Below are positions 50,661 through 60,613 of a stretch of DNA of 64,000 nt, piece by piece. Where the stretch lies: contig JBDRYS010000001.1 of the NCBI GenBank assembly GCA_039803545.1, positions 833,866 through 897,865 of the forward strand, written 5' to 3'. The notes beneath the pieces were generated by a model. That model was not told the DNA's origin. It worked only from the letters and a program-made list of their open reading frames with translations, and did no database searches. The translations under genes were made by a program, and so were the position numbers. Position 1 is the stretch's first letter; each line of letters begins with the position of its first letter. The stretch is from a candidate division WOR-3 bacterium (GTDB lineage: Bacteria; Hydrothermota; Hydrothermia; UBA1063).

Positions 50661-51124
50661 TGCTGTGTAGTCGCTGTAATAAAAAGGAAGCAGAAATCAC
50701 TTACAAAGAGTATGTCGAGGGTAAAACAGTGACCCTTTTTCTGTGCAGAGAATGCGCAGAGGAACTCGCAAACGGTATCAGAATTATACCGGAAGAGGAA
50801 ATGATTCCCCATGAAACACTAATAAAATGCAATGTATGTGGCACAAGCCTCAGAGACTTCAGAAATAACTTCCTTATGGGGTGCCCCACTTGCTACGATT
50901 ATTTCCTTCCCTATTTCAAAGAGGTATTCGACAGGATCATCCATCGCTCCTATTTCAACGGTGAAAGGCTTAAAGCCGAGAACTTCACTCAATTCGTCGA
51001 ATCAGAATTACAAAAACTGAAACAAACCTTAGAAGAGCTTAAAGAGCGCGAAGAGTTCAAAGAGGCCATAAAAGTTAGGGATCGCATAAGGAAGCTTGAA
51101 AATATATTAAAATGGATATCCTGA
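50660..51124 (+). CDS. McsA-like protein with four CxxC zinc knuckles and a C-terminal UVR domain
   Basis: The sequence has CSRC, CREC, CNVC and CPTC pairs, followed by UvrB/UvrC-type coiled-coil motifs (...LEELKEREEFKEAIKVRDRIRKLE). Confidence 0.65.
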   Translation: MLCSRCNKKEAEITYKEYVEGKTVTLFLCRECAEELANGIRIIPEEEMIPHETLIKCNVCGTSLRDFRNNFLMGCPTCYDYFLPYFKEVFDRIIHRSYFNGERLKAENFTQFVESELQKLKQTLEELKEREEFKEAIKVRDRIRKLENILKWIS

Positions 51125-52170
51125 AACTCATCGAAAGGGTCCCCGATCTCTTCTCTGAAACCAATGGGAATATAGTTCAATTTGTAATTTACAAGTACTA
51201 CAGAGACCTCGATGGCTATAAATTCCCGTCTAAGCTTTCTGACGAAGAACTTAAAGAAATTCAACAAAAAGTAATTGAGGTAGCAAAAGAACTTCCAATG
51301 TGGGAGAACAACTTTAATATCGTTGAGACACAGCAAGCCGCAACGGAACTAACGATGATTCTTTATGAAAGAGGCATTCTTGGGTCAGAAAGCCTTCAAA
51401 GAAGAAATGTGGCCCTTATGTTTGACGAGAGCGAACGACATATCATAAGGGTAAACGAAAGAGACCACATAAAGCTTATTTTCAGAGGCGCCTACTCTGA
51501 AATGGACGAAATTGGTGAAGAATCCCAGATATACATCGCTCTCTTAGATAGGGCTCTTAATTTTGCCTTCAAAGAGGGCATTGGGTACCTCACCTCTTCA
51601 CCGAGGTACCTCGGGCACGCCTTGAGCATCTCGGCCATGATCCACATCCCCGCAATTTTTTTACTCGGTCAAATCCAGAACTTTTCACAAATACTTCAAA
51701 GAAATCTAATTGTACTTTCTGGCCTTATGGATACCACAATTCAGACTTACGGTGCCTTTGTACAAATCAAAATCACCTCTTTCTTCGATTCCTTCGCTGA
51801 GACAAAAACAAAGATGGCATCTACCCTCGAAGAGATTGTAGAACTGGAAAATCAGCTAAGGAACTTGATCTACGCAGATCGGCCAGTGGAAGTAGAGGAC
51901 AGAATCTACAAATCCTTAGCTATACTCCAATCCGCGAAACTACTAAGCCTTATGGAAACCTACGAGCACCTTTCAAACCTGAGAATAGGCGTCGACCTTG
52001 GCTATATAAAAGAGATCCATCCTGGTTTCTTCAACGAAGTCTTTTTCAGGATCTTGCCTTACCACATAAAGATATATTACGGTGTACCGGCGGATGATCT
52101 TACCAAAGAAGCTGAAATGAGAGCCCTCCTAATTCAGGAGCTCCTTGACAAATACCACTATGAAGGTTGA
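51112..52170 (+). CDS. McsB-like ATP:guanido phosphotransferase (protein-arginine kinase family). The canonical catalytic Cys motif CPTNLGT is replaced by SPRYLGH.
   Basis: The 352-aa ORF has phosphagen-kinase blocks (...ERHIIRVNERDHIKL..., GYLTSSPRYLGHALSISAMIHIP). It overlaps the mcsA-like gene by 13 bp. Confidence 0.65.
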   Translation: MDILKLIERVPDLFSETNGNIVQFVIYKYYRDLDGYKFPSKLSDEELKEIQQKVIEVAKELPMWENNFNIVETQQAATELTMILYERGILGSESLQRRNVALMFDESERHIIRVNERDHIKLIFRGAYSEMDEIGEESQIYIALLDRALNFAFKEGIGYLTSSPRYLGHALSISAMIHIPAIFLLGQIQNFSQILQRNLIVLSGLMDTTIQTYGAFVQIKITSFFDSFAETKTKMASTLEEIVELENQLRNLIYADRPVEVEDRIYKSLAILQSAKLLSLMETYEHLSNLRIGVDLGYIKEIHPGFFNEVFFRILPYHIKIYYGVPADDLTKEAEMRALLIQELLDKYHYEG

Positions 52171-53383
52171 TTTAATCGTAACAAACATTGGTGAACTTGT
52201 TTATTTCAAGGAGGACAATTTAGAAACCCTGCAAAACGCCGCAATTGCCATAAACGAGGGTAAAATTGTCGAATTCGGTAAAAGAAAAGAGATCGAAGAT
52301 AAGTACTATTCCGAAGAAAAGTACCAGGTCATAGATGCAGAGTGGAACTCCGTCATACCAGGTTTTGTGGATCCCCACACCCATCTTGTCTATTCAGGAT
52401 GCAGACACGAGGAATTCCTCGCCAAACTGAAAGGAAAAGAGTATTTGGATTTACTTAAAGAGGGGAAAGGAATCAATTATACCGTATCTCTCACAAGGAA
52501 AGATTCTACAGAAAACCTCTTTAAAGTATCCTATGAAAGACTCATCGAAATGAGAAACCATGGAAGCCTGACCGTGGAAATAAAATCGGGTTACGGACTT
52601 GATTTCGAGACGGAAAAGAAGCTTCTTGACGTAGCTGAAATGCTAAAAGAAAAAGATGAAGCTGACATAGTGACAACATTTCTTGGAGCCCACGCCATTC
52701 CCCAGGAATATAAGGACAATCGAAGGGGTTATATAAATCTGCTAAAAGACAAAATGATTCCGGCCTTTTCAGGAAAGGCGAAATTCATCGATATATTTAT
52801 CGACCGAGGGGCATTTACAGTCGATGAAGCAAGGGAAATCTTAAGTGTTGCAGTAAAATACGGCTACGAAATAAAAATGCACATCGACGAACTTTCTTAC
52901 ACCGGCGCAGCTAAGTTAGCCATGGAATTTCCAGTCGTATCTACAGAGCATATGGAACACACCACCGAAGAAGACCTTGAAATTTTAAAGGAAAGAAACG
53001 TTGTTCCCGTTTTGCTTCCAGGCACCTGCCTCTTTCTCAGGCTCAAGGAGAGGCCAAAAATTGAATTCATGCGGGAAATAAAACTCCCCATTGCCCTTGG
53101 AACGGATCACAATCCCGGCACCTCTCCCTTCTATTCTCAATCCCTCATAATGGCATTAGGAGTTTTTCTCTACGGACTTTCTGTGGAAGAGGCGCTACTC
53201 GGGATTACATTAAACGCAGCAAAAGCCATAAAGATTGAAAAGTCAAAGGGAAACATCGGCCCGGGTCTCGATGCAGACCTTTTAATTCTCAAAAGCCATT
53301 CCTTTGTGCACCTCGTTTATGAAGTAGGGCGAAACCTTATTGGAAAAATCATAAGGAAAGGAAAACTGATCAATATTCACTGA
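52145..53383 (+). CDS. amidohydrolase, imidazolonepropionase (HutI)-like
   Basis: The sequence has metal-ligand motifs GFVDPHTHL, TTFLGAHA and ...GTDHNPG, as in HutI. No other hut genes are nearby. Confidence 0.6.
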   Translation: MTNTTMKVDLIVTNIGELVYFKEDNLETLQNAAIAINEGKIVEFGKRKEIEDKYYSEEKYQVIDAEWNSVIPGFVDPHTHLVYSGCRHEEFLAKLKGKEYLDLLKEGKGINYTVSLTRKDSTENLFKVSYERLIEMRNHGSLTVEIKSGYGLDFETEKKLLDVAEMLKEKDEADIVTTFLGAHAIPQEYKDNRRGYINLLKDKMIPAFSGKAKFIDIFIDRGAFTVDEAREILSVAVKYGYEIKMHIDELSYTGAAKLAMEFPVVSTEHMEHTTEEDLEILKERNVVPVLLPGTCLFLRLKERPKIEFMREIKLPIALGTDHNPGTSPFYSQSLIMALGVFLYGLSVEEALLGITLNAAKAIKIEKSKGNIGPGLDADLLILKSHSFVHLVYEVGRNLIGKIIRKGKLINIH

Positions 53384-54206
53384 GCCTAAAAGGCGGGTTC
53401 ACCTCAATTCTCCACCAATTTATAAAAATATTTTGCTCCTTTGGTGGAATATATAATGACTCAAAGAAGTTCCTCTGATTTATGAGAGGCCCAAAATGAT
53501 TCAAAAGAGGACCTCTACGCGAACATAGAAGGATTTCGCCTTCGGTATTTTCATAAAGGACAAGTCCTCTCGTCTTCCCCGTGTGGAGTACCACTAACCA
53601 ATACCTATCTCGCTTCTCAACCAAGAATACTGCCGTATTTCCGCCCTCAACTATGGAAAATAACTCTTCACAGGATTCCGAGACGTCATCTTTCTTTTCC
53701 AGAATTTTTAAAAAGACCTGGGTCAATACGTCAGAATCCGTGAAATAATCACTAATCTGAAATTTACTTGCAAGATCCTTATAATTTTTCAAAAAACCGT
53801 TATGGATACCTATAACTTTATACTTTGAGCCAGTATGTACAAAAGGTTGTGCATGAAACTCATCAAGGTCGTCGGGATTTGAAAACTCATCGGAGGCCCT
53901 GCGCACATGCCCCATAAAAAAGTTCACGTTGTCATCAGGTGAAAATTCCTCCATATCAAAAAGCACATCTACCGGGGACCTGTTCTCGTAATAGCCAACC
54001 TTATTGTGGTACAGGACAAGCCCATCGCTTAACAGAAAATAACCTGCACCATGACCGCCAAGGGGCAATGTATCTACATCTTCCTTTAAACTCTCGAGTT
54101 CCTTAAGAAGGTTTTTTACACTGGATAACTTTACCTTATATTGACCTATATAACCAAAAATACCGCAACTCAATACCCCCTCCTCAGGACCTTTCAAGGC
54201 CCTCAA
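53370..54206 (-). CDS. class II (Ntn-type) glutamine amidotransferase domain protein
   Basis: The N-terminus reads ...SCGIFGYIG with a Cys nucleophile. The true start is probably downstream of the annotated Met, and the gene overlaps the valS end. Confidence 0.55.
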   Translation of the reverse strand: MRALKGPEEGVLSCGIFGYIGQYKVKLSSVKNLLKELESLKEDVDTLPLGGHGAGYFLLSDGLVLYHNKVGYYENRSPVDVLFDMEEFSPDDNVNFFMGHVRRASDEFSNPDDLDEFHAQPFVHTGSKYKVIGIHNGFLKNYKDLASKFQISDYFTDSDVLTQVFLKILEKKDDVSESCEELFSIVEGGNTAVFLVEKRDRYWLVVLHTGKTRGLVLYENTEGEILLCSRRGPLLNHFGPLINQRNFFESLYIPPKEQNIFINWWRIEVNPPFRLSEY

Positions 54207-56829
54207 TATAACTTCTTAACCTTCTAATTTTAAGCTCAAAGGTTCGTTTTTTCTCCTTTTCCTTCTCCACTACCTCTGATGGGGCCTTCGTAAGGAAATC
54301 CTCATTATTCAGTTTTTCATCCACTCTCTTCAGCAGGTTTTCCAGTTCCTCAATCTCCTTTCTAAAGGAGGCAATCATCTTTTCCACCTTTTCCCTTTCC
54401 TCAACAGGTATCAGGAAGTGATAATTTTTGATTATGAGAGGGATTCCTTTAATGCCGTATGCCCTTTCAACCCCGCTAATCCCTCCGAGAAAAGACAATA
54501 AATGGATATGCTCCTTAAGGGATTTCAGCAAATCCTCATCTTCAAACTCCGCATAAATTCCAATGTTTTCATCTAAGCCGGCTTCCGCCCTAATCTGCCT
54601 TACCCCCTGAATCAATTCCTTAATTAGCTCAAACTCCTCGTATTCCTTCTCAAAATTAAAACCTGAAACTTTGGGCCATTCGGAAACCATTATTGACTCT
54701 TCAAGCCCCTCAAAAGGCATTTTCTGCCAGAGCTCCTCAGTAATAAAGGGAGTAAATGGATGGAGAAGCTTTAGAATGTTCATCAAAACATAGAAAGCAT
54801 TCTGTAGAGCCTTTTTGTCTTTCTTTGCAAGCCTTGGCTTTATCGATTCCAAATACCAATCACAAAATTCACTCCAGAAAAAGTCATAGAGGGTCCATGC
54901 TGCCTTATTAAAATCAAGATCCTCCAGAGCCTTAGTGGTTTCAGAAATGGTTCTATCCAAAAGATAAAGTATCCATTTGTCCTCAAGGGAATCAATAGCA
55001 GGCTCCGGCTTCATTTTGCTTCCGTCGAGATTCATAAGAAGGAGTCGGCTGGCATTCCACAACTTATTGGCAAAGTTTCTACCAATCTCCATCTTCTTTT
55101 CAGAGTAGATGACGTCCTGACCTTCCGGTGTAATGAGCATAAGTCCCATCCTGACACCGTCCGCACCATACTTTGAAATCAGATCAAGGGGATCGGGTGA
55201 GTTTCCAAGACTCTTTGAAAGTTTTCTCCTCTTTTCATCCCTGATAAGACCATGAAGATAAACCCTGTGGAATGGCTTCTCCCCCATAAAATAGTAGCCA
55301 GCCATAATCATCCTGGCTACCCAGAAAAACAAAATATCCCATCCTGTAATCAATAGGTCAGTGGGATAATATCTCCGCAAGTACTCCGTATCTTCAGGCC
55401 ATCCAAGGGTTGAAAGTGGCCATAACCAGGAGGAAAACCAGGTATCAAGAACATCTTCATCCTGAACAATATTGGAAGAACCACAGGCACTGCAAGAGGA
55501 AGGGGGATTCTCCTCAACCATCACGTTACCACAATTCTGACAAGTAAAAACGGGAATTCTGTGCCCCCACCAGATTTGTCTCGAAATACACCAATCCTTA
55601 ACATTATCAAGCCAGTTAAAATAGATTTTCTCAAACTGGTTCGGGATTATCTGTACTTCTCCTTTTCTCACTGCCTCCGTTGCCTTTTGGGCAAGGGGCT
55701 TTATTTTAACAAACCACTGAGGAGATAGGTAGGGTTCAATTACGGTATTGCATCTATAGCAGGTGCCTACGTTGTGAACATAGTCTTCAATTTTTTCGAT
55801 AAAACCCTGCTTTTCCAGTTCTTCAATAACCTTGACCCTCGCCGTTTCACGGTCTAACCCCTTGAAAATCCCTGCGTTTTCATTCAAAATGCCGTCAGGG
55901 TTCATTATTTTAACCTTAGGCAAATTCAACTCTTCTCCGATTTCGTAATCCACAGGATCATGGGCAGGTGTAACCTTTACCGCACCTGTACCAAACTCCG
56001 CATCAACACGCCTGCTTACCACAATGGGAATCTCGGGAGAAACCACCTCACCCCCACTTCCCACTCTATTCCAGGTAACTAAAGGCAGCCTAACCTTTTT
56101 ACCCACAAGGTGCTTATACCTATCGTCCTCCGGATTTACTGCGACAGCAGTATCTCCTAAGTAGGTTTCAGGTCTTGTAGTTGCAACGACAACGTGACCA
56201 TCACCATCTACAAGAGGATATTTAATGTAATAAAGTTTACCTTTTCTTTCAACATACTCAACCTCGTCATCGGCTAAAGCAGTCCCGCACCTTGGGCACC
56301 AATTTATTATTCGAGTTCCACGGTAAATGAGCCCATCCTTGTAAAGCCTCACAAAAGCTGTGATCACTGCCCTCGAAAGATCAGGATCCATTGTAAACTT
56401 AACCCTGGACCAGTCACAGGAAACTCCGAGCTTTCGAAGTTGAAGTAAAATTGTACTTCCGTACTTTTCTTTCCATTCCCAAACACGTTTTAGAAATTCT
56501 TCTCTCCCTATATCAAACCTGGTTTTTCCCTCCTTAGCAAGGGCTTTTTCCACAACATTTTGGGTAGCAATTCCAGCATGGTCAATCCCCGGCTGCCATA
56601 ACACATCATGCCCCTGCATTCGCTTAAAGCGGACCATAATATCCTGGAGGGTGTTGTTCAGGACATGGCCAAGGGTCAAAACGCCAGTGATATTCGGCGG
56701 AGGAATCATTATCGAATACTTAGGTTTTGCAGACTTTGGATCCGCCCTGAAATAACCCTTTTCAGTCCAGAATTTATAAATCTTATCCTCTATATCTTGT
56801 GGGTTATACTTGGTTGGGATCTCGCTCAT
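54184..56829 (-). CDS. valS: valine--tRNA ligase
   Basis: The 881-aa ORF has the HIGH motif (P.NITGVLTLGHVLN), the KMSKS motif (KLSKSLGN), an editing domain and a C-terminal coiled coil. Confidence 0.95.
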   Translation of the reverse strand: MSEIPTKYNPQDIEDKIYKFWTEKGYFRADPKSAKPKYSIMIPPPNITGVLTLGHVLNNTLQDIMVRFKRMQGHDVLWQPGIDHAGIATQNVVEKALAKEGKTRFDIGREEFLKRVWEWKEKYGSTILLQLRKLGVSCDWSRVKFTMDPDLSRAVITAFVRLYKDGLIYRGTRIINWCPRCGTALADDEVEYVERKGKLYYIKYPLVDGDGHVVVATTRPETYLGDTAVAVNPEDDRYKHLVGKKVRLPLVTWNRVGSGGEVVSPEIPIVVSRRVDAEFGTGAVKVTPAHDPVDYEIGEELNLPKVKIMNPDGILNENAGIFKGLDRETARVKVIEELEKQGFIEKIEDYVHNVGTCYRCNTVIEPYLSPQWFVKIKPLAQKATEAVRKGEVQIIPNQFEKIYFNWLDNVKDWCISRQIWWGHRIPVFTCQNCGNVMVEENPPSSCSACGSSNIVQDEDVLDTWFSSWLWPLSTLGWPEDTEYLRRYYPTDLLITGWDILFFWVARMIMAGYYFMGEKPFHRVYLHGLIRDEKRRKLSKSLGNSPDPLDLISKYGADGVRMGLMLITPEGQDVIYSEKKMEIGRNFANKLWNASRLLLMNLDGSKMKPEPAIDSLEDKWILYLLDRTISETTKALEDLDFNKAAWTLYDFFWSEFCDWYLESIKPRLAKKDKKALQNAFYVLMNILKLLHPFTPFITEELWQKMPFEGLEESIMVSEWPKVSGFNFEKEYEEFELIKELIQGVRQIRAEAGLDENIGIYAEFEDEDLLKSLKEHIHLLSFLGGISGVERAYGIKGIPLIIKNYHFLIPVEEREKVEKMIASFRKEIEELENLLKRVDEKLNNEDFLTKAPSEVVEKEKEKKRTFELKIRRLRSYIEGLERS

Positions 56830-56832
56830 AAC

Positions 56833-57210
56833 TCAGTACTCGTCTCCGTCTTCCTCTCCTTCTTCCTCTTCCCATTCTTCTTCAAATTCTTCGGGCTCCA
56901 ATTCAAGCTCTATCAGTTCCTGCTCAAGCATCAAAAGTTTATCCGCATAGTCCCTGAATAAGTCGGAAAGTTCATCCAAAGAAATAATACCATCTATTGC
57001 GTCACTCACCACATCTTCAATCTCCGTATTCAAGTTGTCAAGTTCATCCTCCAGTTCTTCTAAGTCTTCCTTTATGGATTCATAATCCTCTATTTTTTTA
57101 AGCTCTCCAATCCTTTCCTGTAGTTCCTTTATTTTATCACTCCACGACTCCCCAAAGTCGGTTACTGACTCCCATAGTTGGAGTATATCCTCTCTTTTTA
57201 CTTTGCTCAT
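56833..57210 (-). CDS. small highly acidic coiled-coil protein (hypothetical), immediately upstream of valS
   Basis: The 125-aa ORF is about 40% D/E and ends with the Glu-rich tail ...EEFEEEWEEEEGEEDGDEY. It lies 3 bp from the valS start. Confidence 0.5.
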   Translation of the reverse strand: MSKVKREDILQLWESVTDFGESWSDKIKELQERIGELKKIEDYESIKEDLEELEDELDNLNTEIEDVVSDAIDGIISLDELSDLFRDYADKLLMLEQELIELELEPEEFEEEWEEEEGEEDGDEY

Positions 57211-57297
57211 GATAACCTCCTAAAAGAATTAGTGCTAAAATATAAATTCAATAAGGCAAAATGTCAAGCAAAATGCATAATGCCAAGAGAATGCAAA

Positions 57298-57864
57298 CTA
57301 CTCACTAGAGGAATACCTATTGATAAAAGCTATCTTCTCAAAAGGGAGCCTCTCAGGTCTTTGCTTCTCTCCCAGTATCTGCTTCTCCGAAAGGAGAGGG
57401 GAAATTTCCTCTGATTTCTTGCCCACTATTACAAGGGCAATCAAGACCATCTCCTGTGGAATCCCGAGTATTTCTTTAACCTTAACAGGATCATATCCAG
57501 CGATAGGATGTGCGACAAGTCCGAGCTCAGTGGCCCTTAAAATAAGAAAGGCTGTAGCCATACCCATGTCAAAAAGAAAATATTCCCTGTTATCCTCGAG
57601 GACACAATCCATATCCTTCTTAGAAAAAACGGCAATTATCATCCCGGCATTTTTCGCCCACTGGTTGCCCTTAGGCATAACCGACAAAATTTGTTCCAAA
57701 AGGTTTCGATCGTATACAAAAACGAAACGCCACGGCTGATTGTTCATACAGGAAGGAGCAAGCGAAGCACAATATACAAGGTCATCAATGAGTTCCTTGG
57801 TTACTTCGAAGGGCTGAAGTGACCTATAAGCCCTCCTTTTTTCGATTATTTCTTTCACGCTCAC
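57298..57864 (-). CDS. nitroreductase-family flavoprotein
   Basis: The 188-aa ORF reads ...KRRAYRSL....LV.CASLAPSCMNNQPWRFVFV, the nitroreductase fold signature. Confidence 0.8.
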   Translation of the reverse strand: MSVKEIIEKRRAYRSLQPFEVTKELIDDLVYCASLAPSCMNNQPWRFVFVYDRNLLEQILSVMPKGNQWAKNAGMIIAVFSKKDMDCVLEDNREYFLFDMGMATAFLILRATELGLVAHPIAGYDPVKVKEILGIPQEMVLIALVIVGKKSEEISPLLSEKQILGEKQRPERLPFEKIAFINRYSSSE

Positions 57865-58337
57865 ACTCCCTCCTTTATTAGTTCCTTTAAAGCTTCAAAG
57901 ACCTGATCAACATGGCCTTCAACTTTAACATTGCACCAAATTTTTCGTATCCGCCCGTTAGGGTCAATTAAAAAGGTGGTTCTTATCGTCCCTTCAACTT
58001 CTCTACCATACATTTTCTTTTTACCCCATGCGCCATATTTCTTCAAAACTTCAGCGGATTCATCAGAGAGAAGTTTAACCTTTAGCCCGTGTTTGTTTTT
58101 AAAAGACAGGTGGCTCTTTACACTATCCTTACTTAAACCTAAAACTTCTGCATTCAGCCTTTTAAAATCCTCTATCCTCTCAGTGAAACTGATCGCCTCT
58201 TTCGTACACCCGGATGTATTATCCTTAGGGTAAAAATAAAGGATAACCCACTTCCCCTTTAGGGAGCTCAGGCAAACCTCTTTACCTTCCTCATCGGGAA
58301 GGCAGAAGTCAGGGGCAAGATCCCCTTCTTTTAACAT
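57861..58337 (-). CDS. bcp: thiol peroxidase Bcp (peroxiredoxin, AhpC/TSA family)
   Basis: The sequence has the peroxidatic Cys in ...PKDNTSGCTKEA.. and a thioredoxin fold. It overlaps the nitroreductase gene by 4 bp. Confidence 0.85.
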   Translation of the reverse strand: MLKEGDLAPDFCLPDEEGKEVCLSSLKGKWVILYFYPKDNTSGCTKEAISFTERIEDFKRLNAEVLGLSKDSVKSHLSFKNKHGLKVKLLSDESAEVLKKYGAWGKKKMYGREVEGTIRTTFLIDPNGRIRKIWCNVKVEGHVDQVFEALKELIKEGV

Positions 58338-58364
58338 ATAAGATCCCTCCTTTAAAAATCAACT

Positions 58365-59954
58365 TTATTGCTTGTTCTTTTTCTTAGCAATCAAGATTGA
58401 ATCTACAAGGTAAAATAATTCTTGTGGCGTAGCTGGGAATTCAGGATCAAACTGCTTACAGGCATATGTGCAACTTGCCACAAATTCTCCTCCCATGCCC
58501 TTAAATTTAACCTTCCCAAATTCCTCCACCACCCTTCTTGCAATGCTTTCCGCCTCGCTTTCCCTTACACCATAAAGAACGACAACAAATTCATCTCCGC
58601 CCCACCTGGCACAAAGGTCAGATTCCCTTGTATGTTCCCTTAAAATTTTCGAAAAAGACACTAACAATTCATCACCCTTTAAGTGCCCAAAGGTATCGTT
58701 AACGTACTTTAACTTGTCAACGTCGAATAAGACAATAGTAAAAGGCATTTTCTCCCTTTTACTTTGAGCTATATAAGATTTTATCCTCTCTTCAAAGAAC
58801 CGTCTGGTATAAAGACCCGTAAGGCCGTCGAGAATCGACTCCTTATAAGTGATACTCCTATTTAGACTGGCGTTAATTACTCCCACCAGATTTTCCAGAG
58901 CCGATGTAAGGCTCCTTGGAACCCTTTGCTTTAATCCAATAAATAGCTCTCCGAGAATTAGCTCATCCTGAATAAGATTAAAAATCAAATCCCAGGAGAG
59001 ATTGTTAAATTCTTCTTCGTCAATTGTCCTGATTTCCCCATCCCTATAAATCTTTAGTTTACTCAAATAAGAGAGCTTCCTTAATATTCTTACTGCAACA
59101 AAGGAAGCGGGAACGATACTCGAGATGCTGGCAAGGGAATAATCCAGAATCTCTTGAGGTTCCGTTAGCCTGTTAAGCATCCCCTGAATTTCATTCAGCC
59201 TGTCCATGGTTGAAAGATTCTCCTTTAATTCCTGTTGATACAAAGAATACTGATGACCAATGTAGGCCAGAAGAAGAATTACCGCGACGACGGGAACAAC
59301 CGCAGAAAATCCATAGGCACTGAATAAAAGACTAATACTGATTCCAAGGGGAAATATTAAAAGCTCGACAAAATCGCTGGGTAATGCCTCGTTCTTCAAG
59401 TAATCCAAGATATTTTGACCACGCAGGATCTCCTTAATAACAAAAATGAATTCATTCGTCACTATAATTACAAGGATGGAAAGAAGGGATCCCCAGAAAC
59501 CTTTCCCAAGTGCGGTGTAAACAACACCACCTAAAAGATAAAGGATTCCGTAAAGCCCCGAGTTAAAAAATCCAGCCCTAAGGGTATATAACGGATCCCC
59601 TTCCTTTTTAACATAACTATAAAGTGCCTTACCAACCCAAACCAAAAGGATAACAATCATTGCAGTAAAACTTCCAACGTAAGGCCCGAAAGTGATTGTT
59701 ACAAAGAAGAAAAGAGCGATTTCAAAAGATAGTATGGTAGATCTAAAGGTCACAATCCAGAGTGCACCCAAAGCGGATATAACGCATATAAACACATACA
59801 GAAAAAACTGAGGAAAGGCCGGCCTTTTCAAAATAACCAAAACCGTGGAAGTTAACACTCCGGTAAGGCCTATCAGAAGATCATACCACAATCTCAACCT
59901 ACTGCGATTTAACATAACTAAGTTTAAGATAATGCTAAACCTCAAGAAAGTCAA
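58365..59954 (-). CDS. membrane-anchored diguanylate cyclase (GGDEF domain) with an N-terminal multi-TM sensor region
   Basis: The sequence has about 8 TM helices, a linker and a GGDEF domain with an intact GGDEF motif (...CARWGGDEFVVVL...). Confidence 0.85.
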   Translation of the reverse strand: MTFLRFSIILNLVMLNRSRLRLWYDLLIGLTGVLTSTVLVILKRPAFPQFFLYVFICVISALGALWIVTFRSTILSFEIALFFFVTITFGPYVGSFTAMIVILLVWVGKALYSYVKKEGDPLYTLRAGFFNSGLYGILYLLGGVVYTALGKGFWGSLLSILVIIVTNEFIFVIKEILRGQNILDYLKNEALPSDFVELLIFPLGISISLLFSAYGFSAVVPVVAVILLLAYIGHQYSLYQQELKENLSTMDRLNEIQGMLNRLTEPQEILDYSLASISSIVPASFVAVRILRKLSYLSKLKIYRDGEIRTIDEEEFNNLSWDLIFNLIQDELILGELFIGLKQRVPRSLTSALENLVGVINASLNRSITYKESILDGLTGLYTRRFFEERIKSYIAQSKREKMPFTIVLFDVDKLKYVNDTFGHLKGDELLVSFSKILREHTRESDLCARWGGDEFVVVLYGVRESEAESIARRVVEEFGKVKFKGMGGEFVASCTYACKQFDPEFPATPQELFYLVDSILIAKKKNKQ

Positions 59955-60007
59955 CAGATTAAAAGTAGGTAAGAGCTAAGACTTAAAGAGAAAAATCAGA
60001 ACCAGAT

Positions 60008-60421
60008 CTAAATTTTCCCAAAAAACTCTTCTACAAAAGCCCTTATCTTATCCCTGACCATCCTCGTAAACTCCAGTTTTTCTTCTTCAGTTCCTTGAAA
60101 AGAGGAGGGATCAGGAAAGCTCTGGTGTAAATACTCCTTAGCACCCGGAAAGAAAGGGCAGGATTCCTTTGCCTGGTCGCAAACCGTCACCACATAGTCA
60201 AAGGTTTCACCGATGAACTCCTCAACGCTCTTAGATCTGTGGCCTGACATATCTATCCCAATTTCTTCCATAACCTTTACGACGTAAGGGTTCAGGCTTC
60301 CGGGTTTGGTGCCAGCGCTAAAAGCCTGAAACTTTTCAGGGTAAAGATGATTCAGAAAAGCCTCGGCCATCTGTGACCGGGCTGAATTGTGGGTGCAGAT
60401 AAAAAGAACTTTCTTCTTCAT
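60008..60421 (-). CDS. arsC: arsenate reductase / low-molecular-weight protein-tyrosine-phosphatase family (ArsC, thioredoxin-coupled type)
   Basis: The sequence has the CX5R P-loop (VLFICTHNSARSQ) and a downstream Cys pair (TVCDQAKESCP). The probable start is MKKKVLF, and the annotated ORF extends 49 codons further to 60568. Confidence 0.75.
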   Translation of the reverse strand: MKKKVLFICTHNSARSQMAEAFLNHLYPEKFQAFSAGTKPGSLNPYVVKVMEEIGIDMSGHRSKSVEEFIGETFDYVVTVCDQAKESCPFFPGAKEYLHQSFPDPSSFQGTEEEKLEFTRMVRDKIRAFVEEFFGKI

Positions 60422-60613
60422 AAAAGAATTATAAGGGATAGGAAACGAGAGTCTAAAATCAGTAAAACGACCTTTACCACTTAAAATATGCAGAAATTTT
60501 GCCGAAAAGAAAGAATCGCGCCTTCCATAAAAAGAATGAAAAGGAACCCCAAAGTATAGAAAATTCAAGCAAACACACTATTATTTTAAAAAACGGAAAA
60601 TAAGGAGGATTTT

